Assembly (NCBI GenBank): GCA_010015585.1
Contig: ML975154.1
Reading direction: 5' to 3' (one strand)
Source: Eremomyces bilateralis CBS 781.70
Lineage: Eukaryota
Length of the DNA stretch: 64,000 nucleotides
The notes beneath the pieces were generated by a model, which did not search any database, had not been told where the DNA came from, and worked only from the letters and a program-made list of their open reading frames with translations. Below, in pieces: positions 11,307 through 22,558 of the stretch. Every line of letters starts with the position of its first letter. Position 1 is the first letter of the stretch. A program made the position numbers and the translations under genes.

Positions 11307-12757
11307 CTACAGCTTCATACCAGGACGCAGGTAGGATTGGGCAGAATTAAGGACTGCGTAAGCTTCCTGAACAATCTCTCGGACGATGTCGCCGGCTGGC
11401 TGTTCACGCTTTGTTACAAAACCTGCAACGATACCCATTGGCCTATTAGACGAGCATTAGCTTAATTTCTAGAGATCCAGTGCGGGCAGATAGGAAGGGG
11501 AACCTTTTCAAAGGCGGGATAGAGAGGTAGTTGAGGCGAAACCGATGGAAGCAAAACTTACCTTAACACAGCGTCGTCCTCAATTTCCTCTGTCAATTTC
11601 CCCTCCTCATGCAGTCTATCCAGCTCGTGATGCAGAGGCACAATCCCTCTGCTAGTCAGGTCCTTGATCTCGTATGCGCGATTATTTTCCCAATCGTCTA
11701 CATATGCATTCCTGCTCGCTCGCAAGGGGCGTCCAGACCATATCAGACTCTTGACAGCAGAGTCAAAGCCGGCTTTGATAACCTCCTCCTTGGCACGCTT
11801 TGTCGCATTACTTTCTTTAGCTGCGACGAAGCGTGTCCCAACCCAGACGCCGGTGGCCCCGAACATCAACGCGGCGGCAAGACTGCCGCCGCCACTTACA
11901 CCACCAGCGCCTACTAGGAGGACGCGCCGTTTGAGAAGTGGTGACTTGTACTGTGAGCAGATCTGAGCACAGGCGGGTAGGAGGATACTGAATGGTATGT
12001 CACCGGTGTGACCACCAGCTTCTCCTCCCTGAGCAATGATGATGTCGGCACCAAGTTGACAAGCTTTGGCCACGTGCTATCGAACAAACATCAGCCTTAG
12101 CGAAACACCAATCTTTGACAATCTACCAATGTTATCGCTTACCTTGGGGTGTCCAACCATGTTCGCATATAGCACGTTTGCCTGATGCAACCTCTCCACT
12201 GCCCACTTAGGAGGTACACCCACGGCCGAAACAAAAACCTTCGCCCCGCTCTCAATAACAACGTTTATCAATTCTTCAAGCTTCCCACGCGTGTAATCTT
12301 CGTTTGTCTTTCTTGCCGAGCCACCGACCTGTGGCAGCAGAAGGTCGACACCAAAAGGCGTATTCGGCTCCTTAAACTTGGCTTTCGTCTCTGCAATCAT
12401 TTCGCGGAGCATATCCGGCGTGTAGGCGACACCGCCTAGGGTCCCGAAACCACCGGCATTCGCTACGGCCGCGACCTATGCGAGGGTATGATTAGAGCCA
12501 TAATGTTCTAAATCACCTCAAAGCATTCCGATTCTGAGGAAAGCATTTGAGGGTCTTAAATGGAGACCACACAGCGACGGCACGGTTGAGGTCGTTGCAT
12601 ATAGAAACGATCTAAACTTACTGCAGAGAATTAGCACATGCTCAAGAACGGTTTTGCCAATCCTACCCATTTCGCTCCCTGACGTTGTGTCCATGCCCGC
12701 CAGCATTACTGGGTGGCGGACGCCAAGAGCCTCCGTCAGCGGAGTTGCGAGAGACAT
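11307..12757 (-). CDS. Nitronate monooxygenase / 2-nitropropane dioxygenase family flavoprotein (multi-exon)
   Basis: TPLTEALGVRHPVMLAGM, VANAGGFGTLGG, PFGVDLLLPQVGG, IIAQGGEAGGHTG, GAGG...ALMFGATGVWVGTRFV, terminal PMGIVAG...PAGDIVREIV. Confidence 0.93.
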
Positions 12758-13184
12758 AGTTTGCAAGATTTCCGTGCTAAATTATAGATCGACAAGCTTG
12801 GGTATATGGTAAATGCTTGAACTATTGACCGATGGGTGATTTCCTCTTGCGTGTAACGAGAATGAGATATTCAAGCCAACATCGCGGTGGAGATGTTCCA
12901 AGGAGACGCACCTTTGCGACGTTAAAAAGGAAGGTATCTACGAGTTTGAGGAGTGCTTACGGCTACTGTGAGACCCGAGGTATTCCGCAAGTGGAGGAGA
13001 GTTGTCCGCAACTCCAGGATCCTATTCAGGGTAAAGCTCGAAAATACAAAATGGGTATTGATCCTGCCACACGCACCCAAAGCGGGTTAATAGGACGAAA
13101 TCGTGATATCGCACATGACACCTTTTCGGCTGCAATGAATACATACTGGATCTCCGCTCAATCGCGACATGAAGCAACAGGATT

Positions 13185-13578
13185 GGAGAGGTTTTGCAAC
13201 CTCGAAAACCATTTTACAACTCGATTTACAACTCCACAGAAAAAGCGGTTAATATCTCTATATAAGGTTAGCGTATAAACTATAATATTAAGCCTGAGGC
13301 AACGAGGCAACAAAAAGTTGTACAAGTTGTAAAAAATAATTTTAAGGCATCAACATTGTAGCCTAAGGCATCAAAAACTTTGGTTCCGGCCAATCAAACT
13401 TCACAAAAGTTCGTTAGCGCATTTACAACCAGTTGTAACTCAATTACAACTGTTGTAAATGAGTTACAACTGTGGATCATCAAAATTTACACCGTAAACC
13501 CGATTAGGATCTAGGGCCAACAGAAAGGTGGGTTGAAGTGGAGTTGTAAAATGGTTTTCGAGGTTGCAAAACCTCTCC
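13185..13578. mobile_element. Non-autonomous TIR element (MITE, 394 bp), possibly PIF/Harbinger-type
   Basis: Perfect 38-bp TIRs (GGAGAGGTTTTGCAACCTCGAAAACCATTTTACAACTC at 13185-13222; reverse complement at 13541-13578), flanked by ATT on both sides (3-bp TSD). AT-rich interior with repeated TTACAAC/GTTGTAA; no transposase. Confidence 0.9.
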
Positions 13579-14686
13579 ATTGTCGGTGAGCTCTTCGACA
13601 CCAGTTATACATCAAAGTTTATAACTTCTTGTAGTTTGCTTGCGCTAGATTTGTCGATGCAACAGCTGTTAATCCAGGTCTACACCGTCTCGAGCCGCCA
13701 AGGGCACAAATTTCGTTGCCCTTGAAGCCACAGTTTTCTGTGTCGCCTGGTTGTTCGAACCGCTGACGGGGTGCTTGACGAGGTCTTAAAAGTCAGGTCG
13801 CCTTCTCCCCATGCTTACTCTAACTGTCCTTGTCGTTGCTGAAGTTGATGTTTGAGATAGTAGTCTAGAGTAGGGGTCCGGCGTGTTAAGCGCGAATAGG
13901 ATCTTAGTATTAGAGTATAGTAGAGAGTTTTAGGTACTACCGGTAACAAAACGAGGGCGTTTCGTCTAGGCGGAAAGACCGCAGAAAACAGCGTCAGAAA
14001 CCCCCGCTTCTAGAGGCACTTTCGGTAGCAACCAACGTTACTCCGTACTGTCACGCAGTACATTGAATCATTGACCCATTGTTCTCCACGGTTGAACTAC
14101 TATTCCTTGCCTCATTGGTAGCTTTCATTTAACTTTTCGGGCGATCTTGATAGCCAGTATGTGCCCTGTCCTGTCCTAATTCTTGAACTCTTGAAGAACG
14201 GTTCAACTTTCAAGTCAAGAACCCATGGTGCATCAGGATGCTCGTGGCCTCCCCACGATCATCGCACAACGGGTAACCTAAGCAAGCTAAGGGAGATCAT
14301 AATTCATGCAGCCCTGACTTTCGTGAGCCAATAGCTAGCTGAGAGCGGAGTATCTGATGGTGGCAAGGTCCCTTGCCATTTCCTGCCATAAGGCTGCGAA
14401 CAGTGACCAGTGACCACTTAAGTCGACTATTTGTAACTTGAGTAGTGAGGACGCACTCTCTTCACCGGTGGAACCTGTTCCCATCGCAAATGCGTCTCGT
14501 TAGCGCTGACGCGCCTTGCGCTTCCACACAATTACAGCTTCAGGAGATCTGGACATGGAAAGCTATTTAATACGCAAAATCACAATCTTCCTCCGAATGG
14601 CCACTGAGAGTCCGTCATCATCCGATTCGGCGCTCCCAGGCCGAGCCTAGCTTGCCTGTCGTGCACTGCACTCGACCACTTGTGCT

Positions 14687-16248
14687 ATGGTAACACGGCT
14701 AGCCGCTCCCCTCTCAGCCAACCTATACGGAGTACCGATGAGTTTCCATCCGCCCCAACCACGTTCTAATACGGAAGACTTTAGGGCAGCAAGAGCGCTT
14801 ACCAAATATTTTCCGGAAACTGTTATCCAAAAGCTTGCAAAGGATTGCGACGCCATCAACTTGCTCCGCGAATGCTGCTACGCTAAAAACGTAGACTTCC
14901 ACCATGTTATCAGCTCAACGGACTCAGACCCCAATGGACGTCCGCATTCTCCACGATCGCGCAGCGGGACTAATGAATCATACGATTCCCAGCCATCGCA
15001 GCCTCATCAACAAAGCATACGGCCCAACTCCACTACTACTCCGTCGACAAAGGGGTCATCACCGTCAAGGTTGCCCAATCCCTCAGTTTCATCAAGCTCC
15101 CGTCTATCGGACGCCTTAGCCTACGTCAGGATAACTGTGCTGAGTGCTACTACGCAGCGCGAAGATGTCCCACTGAATGGGAAATACTGTTCGCCATCTT
15201 TTTTCCTTGTCAGATCGGATGTCGTGCACGATCGTCTAGGAAAGGCACCCAAGTGCCTGCCGGACCCTATCCAGTGTAGCTACCATGGCAAGCAATTTTC
15301 GAGCAGCGAAACGGTCTTGATTACGTGGATGGAAAAGGGAGAAGAACAGACACATCAGAATACGTTCTTAGTCGTTCCCACTGATTCTCTAGGCGTGGAC
15401 ATTGTGATAGGCGATAAACACCCCCGTAAGCATCTGTTACGCAACGACGCTTGCTTGTTTTCTTCATTACGAGGTCGAAGGATCTTAGAAGCTGACCAGT
15501 TACCTTATTAGGCTTCCCTGCCCAACCAGACCCAAGCCGTAATTACGGTAATAACGGTGGCCCTGACTCGCCTCACGGACAACCGCACCGTTTTCGACCG
15601 CTCTCGTCTACGGGTGTCGCTCAAAGTACCTTGACCTTCAAGCCTACATTACCTAGGTATCCAGCTGCTCAGAGTCCTTCGGGACACCGAGCTACAGGTG
15701 CGGTGGGAGGACAGCGCACGCCCCCAAGGTCGGATCGCTCAAGTCTCTTGGACACCCAGCAACGTCGGTCGAGTGCAGGTGGCCCCCAAAATTCTCGACT
15801 TCCTCGAGCAGCAGGAGCAGCAGGTTCGTCCGGCAGTAGCGCAGCTGGATCCGCAGTCGCCGATCGATCTAATGCATCCGGAATCTCTCCGAGCGCCCGT
15901 CAGCATTTTCCCGCATCTGGACAATTTTACGTGATTCTCGTATTCGGGAATGCTGAACAATTAGTTCAACTGGATATGAATGGAACAGGAGAGATATTCT
16001 TCAATACACTACAAGGACTCGTCCGGAATCTACGACGGGATGCAGCGCTAGACTTGGATCGGAACGTGGACCGGGTCGTTTTCGCTACTTGCCGAGACCT
16101 TAGTGATGATGATGTGTGCTGTCATACAGATTTGGCGGAGGAGCGGATCGCAGTGACATGGAGGCATACTGTGAGATGGATTAGAGGAATCCAAGAGACT
16201 CGGAGCCCAGAGGATATCTACGCCATAATCGAACGAAACGGTGGTTGA
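14687..16248 (+). CDS. Hypothetical protein with a central degenerate retropepsin-like domain and a globular C-terminal domain (intron ~15426-15511)
   Basis: A GTAAGC..CTGAC..TAG intron joins ORFs 14687..15511 and 15631..16248 in frame. Segment ETVLITW...NTFLVVPTDSLGVDIVIG resembles the retropepsin C-terminal pattern. Confidence 0.6.
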
Positions 16249-17526
16249 AACAACAAACGCCTTCGGTCGTACTTCATTCCAAAAGTGGCAAACCAGCAAC
16301 CTGTTTAGGGCTGGTTTCGATCCACGAGGCTAAAAGGCATATCTTCCCTCATCCGCGACATCTGAGCGTCCGGCATTATCCTCGACAAGATATGGCACAT
16401 ACACGAGGAGATTCATGGAAAGAGGATACAGTTCGCTCGGCAGTTGAATCAAGATAGGTGAGACATTCGGCTAGCATGATGTCTGTGATCACAATGAGGA
16501 AGATCGTGTGCAGCTTCTTCGACCAGCGACCCAAAGATTTGCAGATTAGCAGCCAGCCAAGGGCCAAGGTTCACCAATACCTTCCCCATATCAGACCCTC
16601 CGTTTCTGGAACGGTTGAGACCGAAGTTCTGGAGATCATCTACCCAATCAGCGCTACTCTGGAGCAATCCGATTCATTGAAAGATACAGACACGAGGACA
16701 GTGGTTCAGGGGTGGATCGATTTAAAGCGGAATCCGGATTGCATTGTATGAAGATTTGGAGATATCGGTCCGAGCAGTACTGTGGCCTACTCAGACACTC
16801 AGTGTATTCTTTCACGCTTCTACGGAGTACATTGAGAGCAATCCAGGGGCTACCGTAGAAACTCACTCAGATTAAGTGATTCTACTTTTTACCCGTCGGC
16901 ATTCAATTGGCTCATCGACCGCGCCGTCGCTCTTTAGTACGGTTTTGAAGCCGATTAACAAATCAAACACCAACAGCTGAAGGAGATCATGGAATCACCA
17001 CGGCTCTTCAACGGGGACGCGTTGCTCAGGGTCCAACTTTGACGTCGGTGCAGGCGATGCAAGGGAGAAAGAACCCCGATTGGGCAGAAATATGGCCCAA
17101 GTGTTTAGTTATGTTCTAGAAGACTAGAACCTAGTTAGGGGTTTGAAGTTTTGAAAACAGCAAGGAGCGCTTAACCCGATCAGATGGGCTAGAACTAATA
17201 TAGCAATGATAGGTGCTCGGATTGTAGGAGTAATCGCCTGAAGTCAATAATTCGCGAACATGATTGGCCTATCCATATAGAATATCCGAATCCGTCCCAT
17301 TTTTGGTATTGCTGTCCTGGTCTGGATCCTGACGAGGATATGGGCTGTGTTCTAACAAGGAACAAAAACAATGGAATCCATAGCTTATGGTACTCTTGTC
17401 AGTAACTGATGGGTTGGGTTCAACACAATAATCGACGAAGAGTTGACCATTACGAGGTTCCAGGGCTTGCCACATCTCTCACAGCCAGAACCAGCTCGGA
17501 AATCGATCATTATGTCCCTATACGCC

Positions 17527-18345
17527 TCAATAGGCTTTGCTATACACTAACCACGGATCTTCTGATCCTTTGAGGCGATATTGCGTGGTAAATAGCTCCG
17601 AAGGCCGCGTCCACCCAAGCCGATCAATCTTCGTTTGCACCACCGACTTCCAGAGCTCCAGTTTTTTAATGGCGGCTGTAGGAAATGGTGGTACTGGATG
17701 CGTCGACATCTTGTTCAGCCTGAGAGCCCACTCGACATCATTCGTGCCGCTGAGATCGAGATGCTGCAATCCCCAGTCCTCCGAGACGTTGGTACCATCC
17801 ACCACATCGCACAGTGCCACTCGATTGTTGGTGTCTAGAAAACTCTGGATCAGGACAGGTAATTTGGGATACGGCAGGCCATGCACACTGCGACAGATGG
17901 TAGACTTGTGGCAGGAAAAGTGTGAATGGTCCGAAGGTACTAGAGTAAAATCGTAGTTCGAACTTGAACCTCGGAACCGCTGGTAAGTATGCGGAAGCGA
18001 GAATCGCTGTTGGAATGGAGGGGCCGGTAAAGTCAGATAATCTGAGGCATATTTAGGGGACTTCAGGAGCTCAATAGCATCGCCCAGTTGCCCGGAGTCA
18101 ACGATTATCTCCCAAGTCTTTCCACGTGTTAGAGCCAAGCGAGAGTGCAATAGCACGGTTCTTGAACGTACATGTCGAACCCTTTCTGCACCATAAAATA
18201 TGAGAGCAGAAGCACCGCCGATACAGCAAGTGATCCGATGGTTTTCAAGAAGCTGGGTCACTTCTAAGACTTCATCAGTGCCATGTCCGCCACACGAGGC
18301 GACGCCATTCCCAGGGACCAAAGGAGAATCAGATGCTGATGTCAT
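17527..18345 (-). CDS. Nucleotidyltransferase-fold protein (fungal, AbiEii/Pol-beta-like N-terminus); in-frame intron 18171-18118
   Basis: LENHRITCCIGGASALIFYGAERVRH|TWEIIV pattern (h-G-G/E-x-A-L-x-x-x-G ... W-E-h); 54-nt GTACGT..CTAAC..AAG intron. Confidence 0.6.
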   Translation of the reverse strand: MTSASDSPLVPGNGVASCGGHGTDEVLEVTQLLENHRITCCIGGASALIFYGAERVRHVRSRTVLLHSRLALTRGKTWEIIVDSGQLGDAIELLKSPKYASDYLTLPAPPFQQRFSLPHTYQRFRGSSSNYDFTLVPSDHSHFSCHKSTICRSVHGLPYPKLPVLIQSFLDTNNRVALCDVVDGTNVSEDWGLQHLDLSGTNDVEWALRLNKMSTHPVPPFPTAAIKKLELWKSVVQTKIDRLGWTRPSELFTTQYRLKGSEDPWLVYSKAY

Positions 18346-18621
18346 CTATGCCGGTCATGAACATCACGAAGATATCGCCCAACTCACTAGTTGGCTGGTC
18401 AAAGTGGGATATGATAAGAATCGAAGGGTGAGAAGAGGAATGAAGAATGTTGCCAGTCATGACGATACTACGGCTACTCGGATAGATATGGCACCTCTCG
18501 TGCAGAACCACCGGTACCTGCCTTGCAAGGGTTACACTAATCTTAGCTCCCCTCGCCATCAATTAAAACTCGAAACATACAATGGCTACCAGTGTAGATG
18601 CTATGCTTATTTGAATATATC

Positions 18622-19414
18622 TTAAACTCCAAGTAATTGCCTAAACCAGTTGGCATGCTCCTGGTTTGGATTCATTTGCACAAACACAGCCATAAATGCC
18701 TGACGCTGGTATAACGGGAAGTTGTCCTTTAAAGGATCTAACTGCTGCCAGTGATTGCTCAGCAGAAAGACCAGGTCTTCAAAATCTTTCTCTGCCTTGC
18801 ACCCTCTGTCCATGAAGCCCCCAAACTTGGTATAGGTCTGGAAGTATGTGTTCAGGATTCTGACTGAACCGTGTGAAGTAGATATCAGTTCTGTCACCCC
18901 CCTCAGATCTATTGGGGTGTGCAAATTGCCTAATAAACGCTTAGTATACCGTTTTCAATCCTCGTTTCGAGAAGACGCCTGTACTGACCACTAACGATAA
19001 TATCAACATGCACAGCCAGAGGCGTCACATGAGGACAGTCACTGTCCCATCCTTGCCCAGTGTGAACGAATATTGTAACCGACGTACTACCATATGCCTG
19101 TGGGAAACAAACACTAACAGTGTGTCAACTTCAGACGATGGTATCTCCAAAAGGAGGCCAGACCGAGTTTGTTGGATTAGCAGGGTTCGTAGAGTTTCCA
19201 TAGAAGCCCTCACGACGATATCCACATCAGTGGTAGTTCGAGTTGAGCCCCTCTTTTGGAGCGCCCACCCCCCCATGCATGCGTAGTCAATGCTGCTGGC
19301 ATCGAGCAGAGATGTTATGAACTGTTGCGCAAGATCAAGGTTCAGACTGGCTGGGGCTCGGGATGCGTAATACAGCTGGCCAAATCGCTCAGTGTTATAT
19401 ATTTCCGCAGGCAT
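18622..19414 (-). CDS. AbiEii/MenT-like nucleotidyltransferase (~227 aa; introns 19163-19114, 18988-18930)
   Basis: IDYACMGGWALQKRGSTRTTTDVDIVV (GG plus DxD), a third acidic strand VHVDII, and C-terminal TKFGGFMDRG...KDFEDLVFLL. Confidence 0.72.
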
Positions 19415-20798
19415 TAGAAAGAATGAATCCGATATCCTCCCAAAAGATGGGGATTTTGAGGAAATGAGTGACTGGTACTGGTGAGACTGGAGATTGCGGG
19501 GCTATAACTAGAGACGATACTCTTCTGCTTTTAGACTGTTGAAAATGGAAACGCGACCATTACCAACGGAATAGGGAGTAACATATAAGAACTCGTATTG
19601 AGAGGCATACCATTCGATACGAACTATCAAGCCCGATCAATCGCCGATTTCATCGAGTTCTGCCTTCGCCGCATAGCGCATGTGATACAACTGACTGAGG
19701 GGCACCCCCGCTGCAGCGAACAAAGCTGTGTGAGAACGATGATGTACAAGAGTTATCATTCGACATAGCCCGGTCTTAATGGGACTCAAGGCGATAGGCC
19801 ACTTTAGCCGGACGAGTTTACGTGTACGGCACCTCTATCCTGATTCGCAATCCCTAGGGGGTCGGTAGGACTGACGTTCATTGGATTTCAGAACTCTGGG
19901 CGCCAGACAATCAACGGGATGGCTGAGGCTAGGGCACATAAGGCTGAGCGGCGGCCGAGGTTGGCGGTATAGAGTCGAGAAGTGCGTGAGGTGCGAGCAT
20001 CTCATTCGTTAGGGGTTCACCATTATTCCGTAGCATCTAATACAGTAACTAAGCTAGAAGTCTGGCGTACCCCAAGCTTCCCCACTCTTCAATCATGTCT
20101 GCTCTGCTGCACCGCTGCTGATATCTGAACATCAAACGAGGAAACGTATTAAGCAAGAGTTGCATTAGAGTCTAAACTTACAGTAGAGATCGCACCGTTC
20201 CATGAGGTAACATGAAATAATGAAATTATCGCACACCTGTGTACTAAGTAGATCAGTTCTCAAATGAAGGATATCAAAGCAGATATCGACGGTATAACTT
20301 CGGGGAGATAAGCTTTCTTAGGGGAACCAATCGATGTATTACAAACTCATGACCTGGTTAGGGTAACGAGAGTGCATCTGACCCTGAAAAAACGTCTGGT
20401 TACAGGGCATGTTAACAAGATTCAGACCGGGAATACGATTGATATCAGTAGAGTGAAGGCCAGCTATGTCTGAGTAGGGTATGGGGCCACTAATTCTGGC
20501 ATACTTGCTTAAACAAATACGACAAAAGGTTGATGAAATGTTGTTGTAAGGCTCAGACTCTTAAAAAAACCTTCAATCTTCAGCAAAGATGGACACCTTT
20601 ATGCAAGCAGTCTGGTCACGGCCAGCACAAGTCACGATGATGCCGTGGGCGTGGCACCTCTTACCCTTGGGGATCATATGTTTACGACAGCAAAAGGGGA
20701 TGCTCTGAGCCATCATGTCAAGTGTAATGGTAGACACTCCCCTCGCTGTATTTTACGCCCGATGTGTAGCTTGAACTGTTGCAAATGGAGTATATTGC

Positions 20799-21029
20799 GA
20801 GTGCCTGGGTGAGAATCTTGATATCTACTCGTTCCTTGTGTTCGGTGGCTATGGGAACCCAATCATCCTAGCCTACGGGAGATTGTATCCTGAACGGGTG
20901 CAGAAACAGGTTGTATTTGGAAGGGGAGTCGCTGGAAGGTCAAGAATCGGGTCGGAGATCTGGGAGGACTACGCACGCCTGCGACGGGATACACGACCAT
21001 GGAAGAAAAATGTGGCAACTTGCCATTAA
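20799..21029 (+). pseudogene. Relic of an alpha/beta-hydrolase (proline iminopeptidase-like)
   Basis: ECLGENLDIYSFLVFGGYGNPIILAYGRLYPERVQKQVVFG resembles LREHLGI..W.VFGGSWG..LALAYA..HPDRV..LVL.G. The nucleophile Ser is absent and the flanks contain stops. Confidence 0.4.
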
Positions 21030-21455
21030 TTGAGCAGGCGAAGGCATTCAGAAGTGCCATGATGAATATCTGAAATGTCACTAACTTAGCTTAACATTTC
21101 AGTTTTTAACTCAACAACAGTAGGATAGCAAATTGAGGAATTGGTGATTCGTGACGATCGTCGACATCACAATAAGGGTCCACGTGATTTTCATCCAACA
21201 CGTGATATTGTCGCTTATGTAATTTTCAGTTCGGTCCACCACACCAACCGCTCACCACTGAATTCGCTTCGTAGTGCGCGAACCTTCTTTTCCCGACATC
21301 ACGACAACGACAAACCCACAACCAGAATTGCCGTTGCACCGTAATCAAGGTACGTTTTAGCAATCCCTTCATCTCCATCAAGGCTTGGTACCAACCGATC
21401 TGGAACTGTTCCGCGAACTCCCCATTCCGAAGTGTAGGCTAACGATTCGCTCAAG

Positions 21456-22327
21456 ATGGGCGCCCTCAAATACCTCGAGGAGATCCAAAAGAAGAAGCAG
21501 TCCGATATCCTGCGATTTCTGCTTCGCGTCCGATGCTGGGAGGTATGAGCAATCCGATGTTCATTGGCACGGCGAAGAGATCGAGCGTGCGCAATTCGCC
21601 GCGCTTGCCTCTTCGTCGAAAAATTGCCATTTTGATGTCACTCGTTGAACATTAGCTGAGAGTGCATCAATACAGTACCGACAACTCAATGTCATCCATC
21701 GTGCTTCCCGACCGTCGCGCCCCGATAAGGCTCGCCGCCTGGGCTACAAGGCCAAGCAGGGCTATGTCATCTACCGCGTTCGCGTGAGGAGGGGTGGCCG
21801 CAAGCGACCGGTGCCTAAGGGTGCTACCTACGGTATGTTATCATCGCGTTCAAGATTCGACGGGTGAGATCTTTTATGGGACCGTCGCTAACGTACTCGA
21901 TGAACAGGCAAGCCCACCAACCAGGGTGTGAACCAGCTCAAATACCAGCGATCGCTCGCCTCCACCGCCGAGGAGCGTGTCGGACGTCGCTGCGCCAATT
22001 TGCGTGTCCTCAACTCGTACTGGATCAACCAGGACTCGACCTACAAGTACTACGAAGTCATCCTCGTCGACCCCCAGCACAAGGCCATCCGATCGGATCC
22101 CCGCATCAACTGGATCGTCAACCCGGTCCACAAGGTGAGAAACGCTGATGTCGTTGGATCCAATGCACGCGCTAACGACGTAACAGCACCGCGAAGCTCG
22201 TGGCCTTACTTCCACCGGAAAGAAGTCCCGTGGTCTCAACAAGGGCCATCGTTACAACAAGACCAAGGCCGGCCGCAGGAAGACGTGGAAGAGACACAAC
22301 ACCCTGTCTCTCTGGAGATACCGTTAA
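21456..22327 (+). CDS. RPL15: 60S ribosomal protein L15 (eL15); 3 coding introns plus a 5'UTR intron ending just before the ATG
   Basis: [59 protein letters not shown]...[11 protein letters not shown]...LSLWRYR*. Confidence 0.98.
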
Positions 22328-22558
22328 ACGGTGGGCGAGGGTTTTCCTCCGATGGTGTTACTTCCAATGCTCTACACAGCGTGTTGAAACTATTCTGCAT
22401 AGTTCCGGATGGAGTCAAATGGACCGGTAAAAATAGCTGCTCAGAAAACTCGGTCAAGTTGATCGAGATCAATGGAGTCATGATTCTTCATGGAATTGAT
22501 CGTGTGTCTTGGAGTGACGTCTATATACAATACTAATCGGTGCCATCCAATGGTTACA

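Noticed and set aside
12832..13278. 148-aa ORF as a possible transposase
   Set aside because: No DDE or HTH motifs; it merely runs into the MITE.
10260..14060. Short inverted matches (TGCTACCGAA, CGCTGTTTTC) between ~10320-10380 and ~13980-14030 as ends of an element carrying the monooxygenase
   Set aside because: Only two ~10-bp blocks match, and no TSD could be identified.
16245..16866. Short ORFs downstream of the 14687-16248 gene
   Set aside because: No recognisable motif or consistent splice model.
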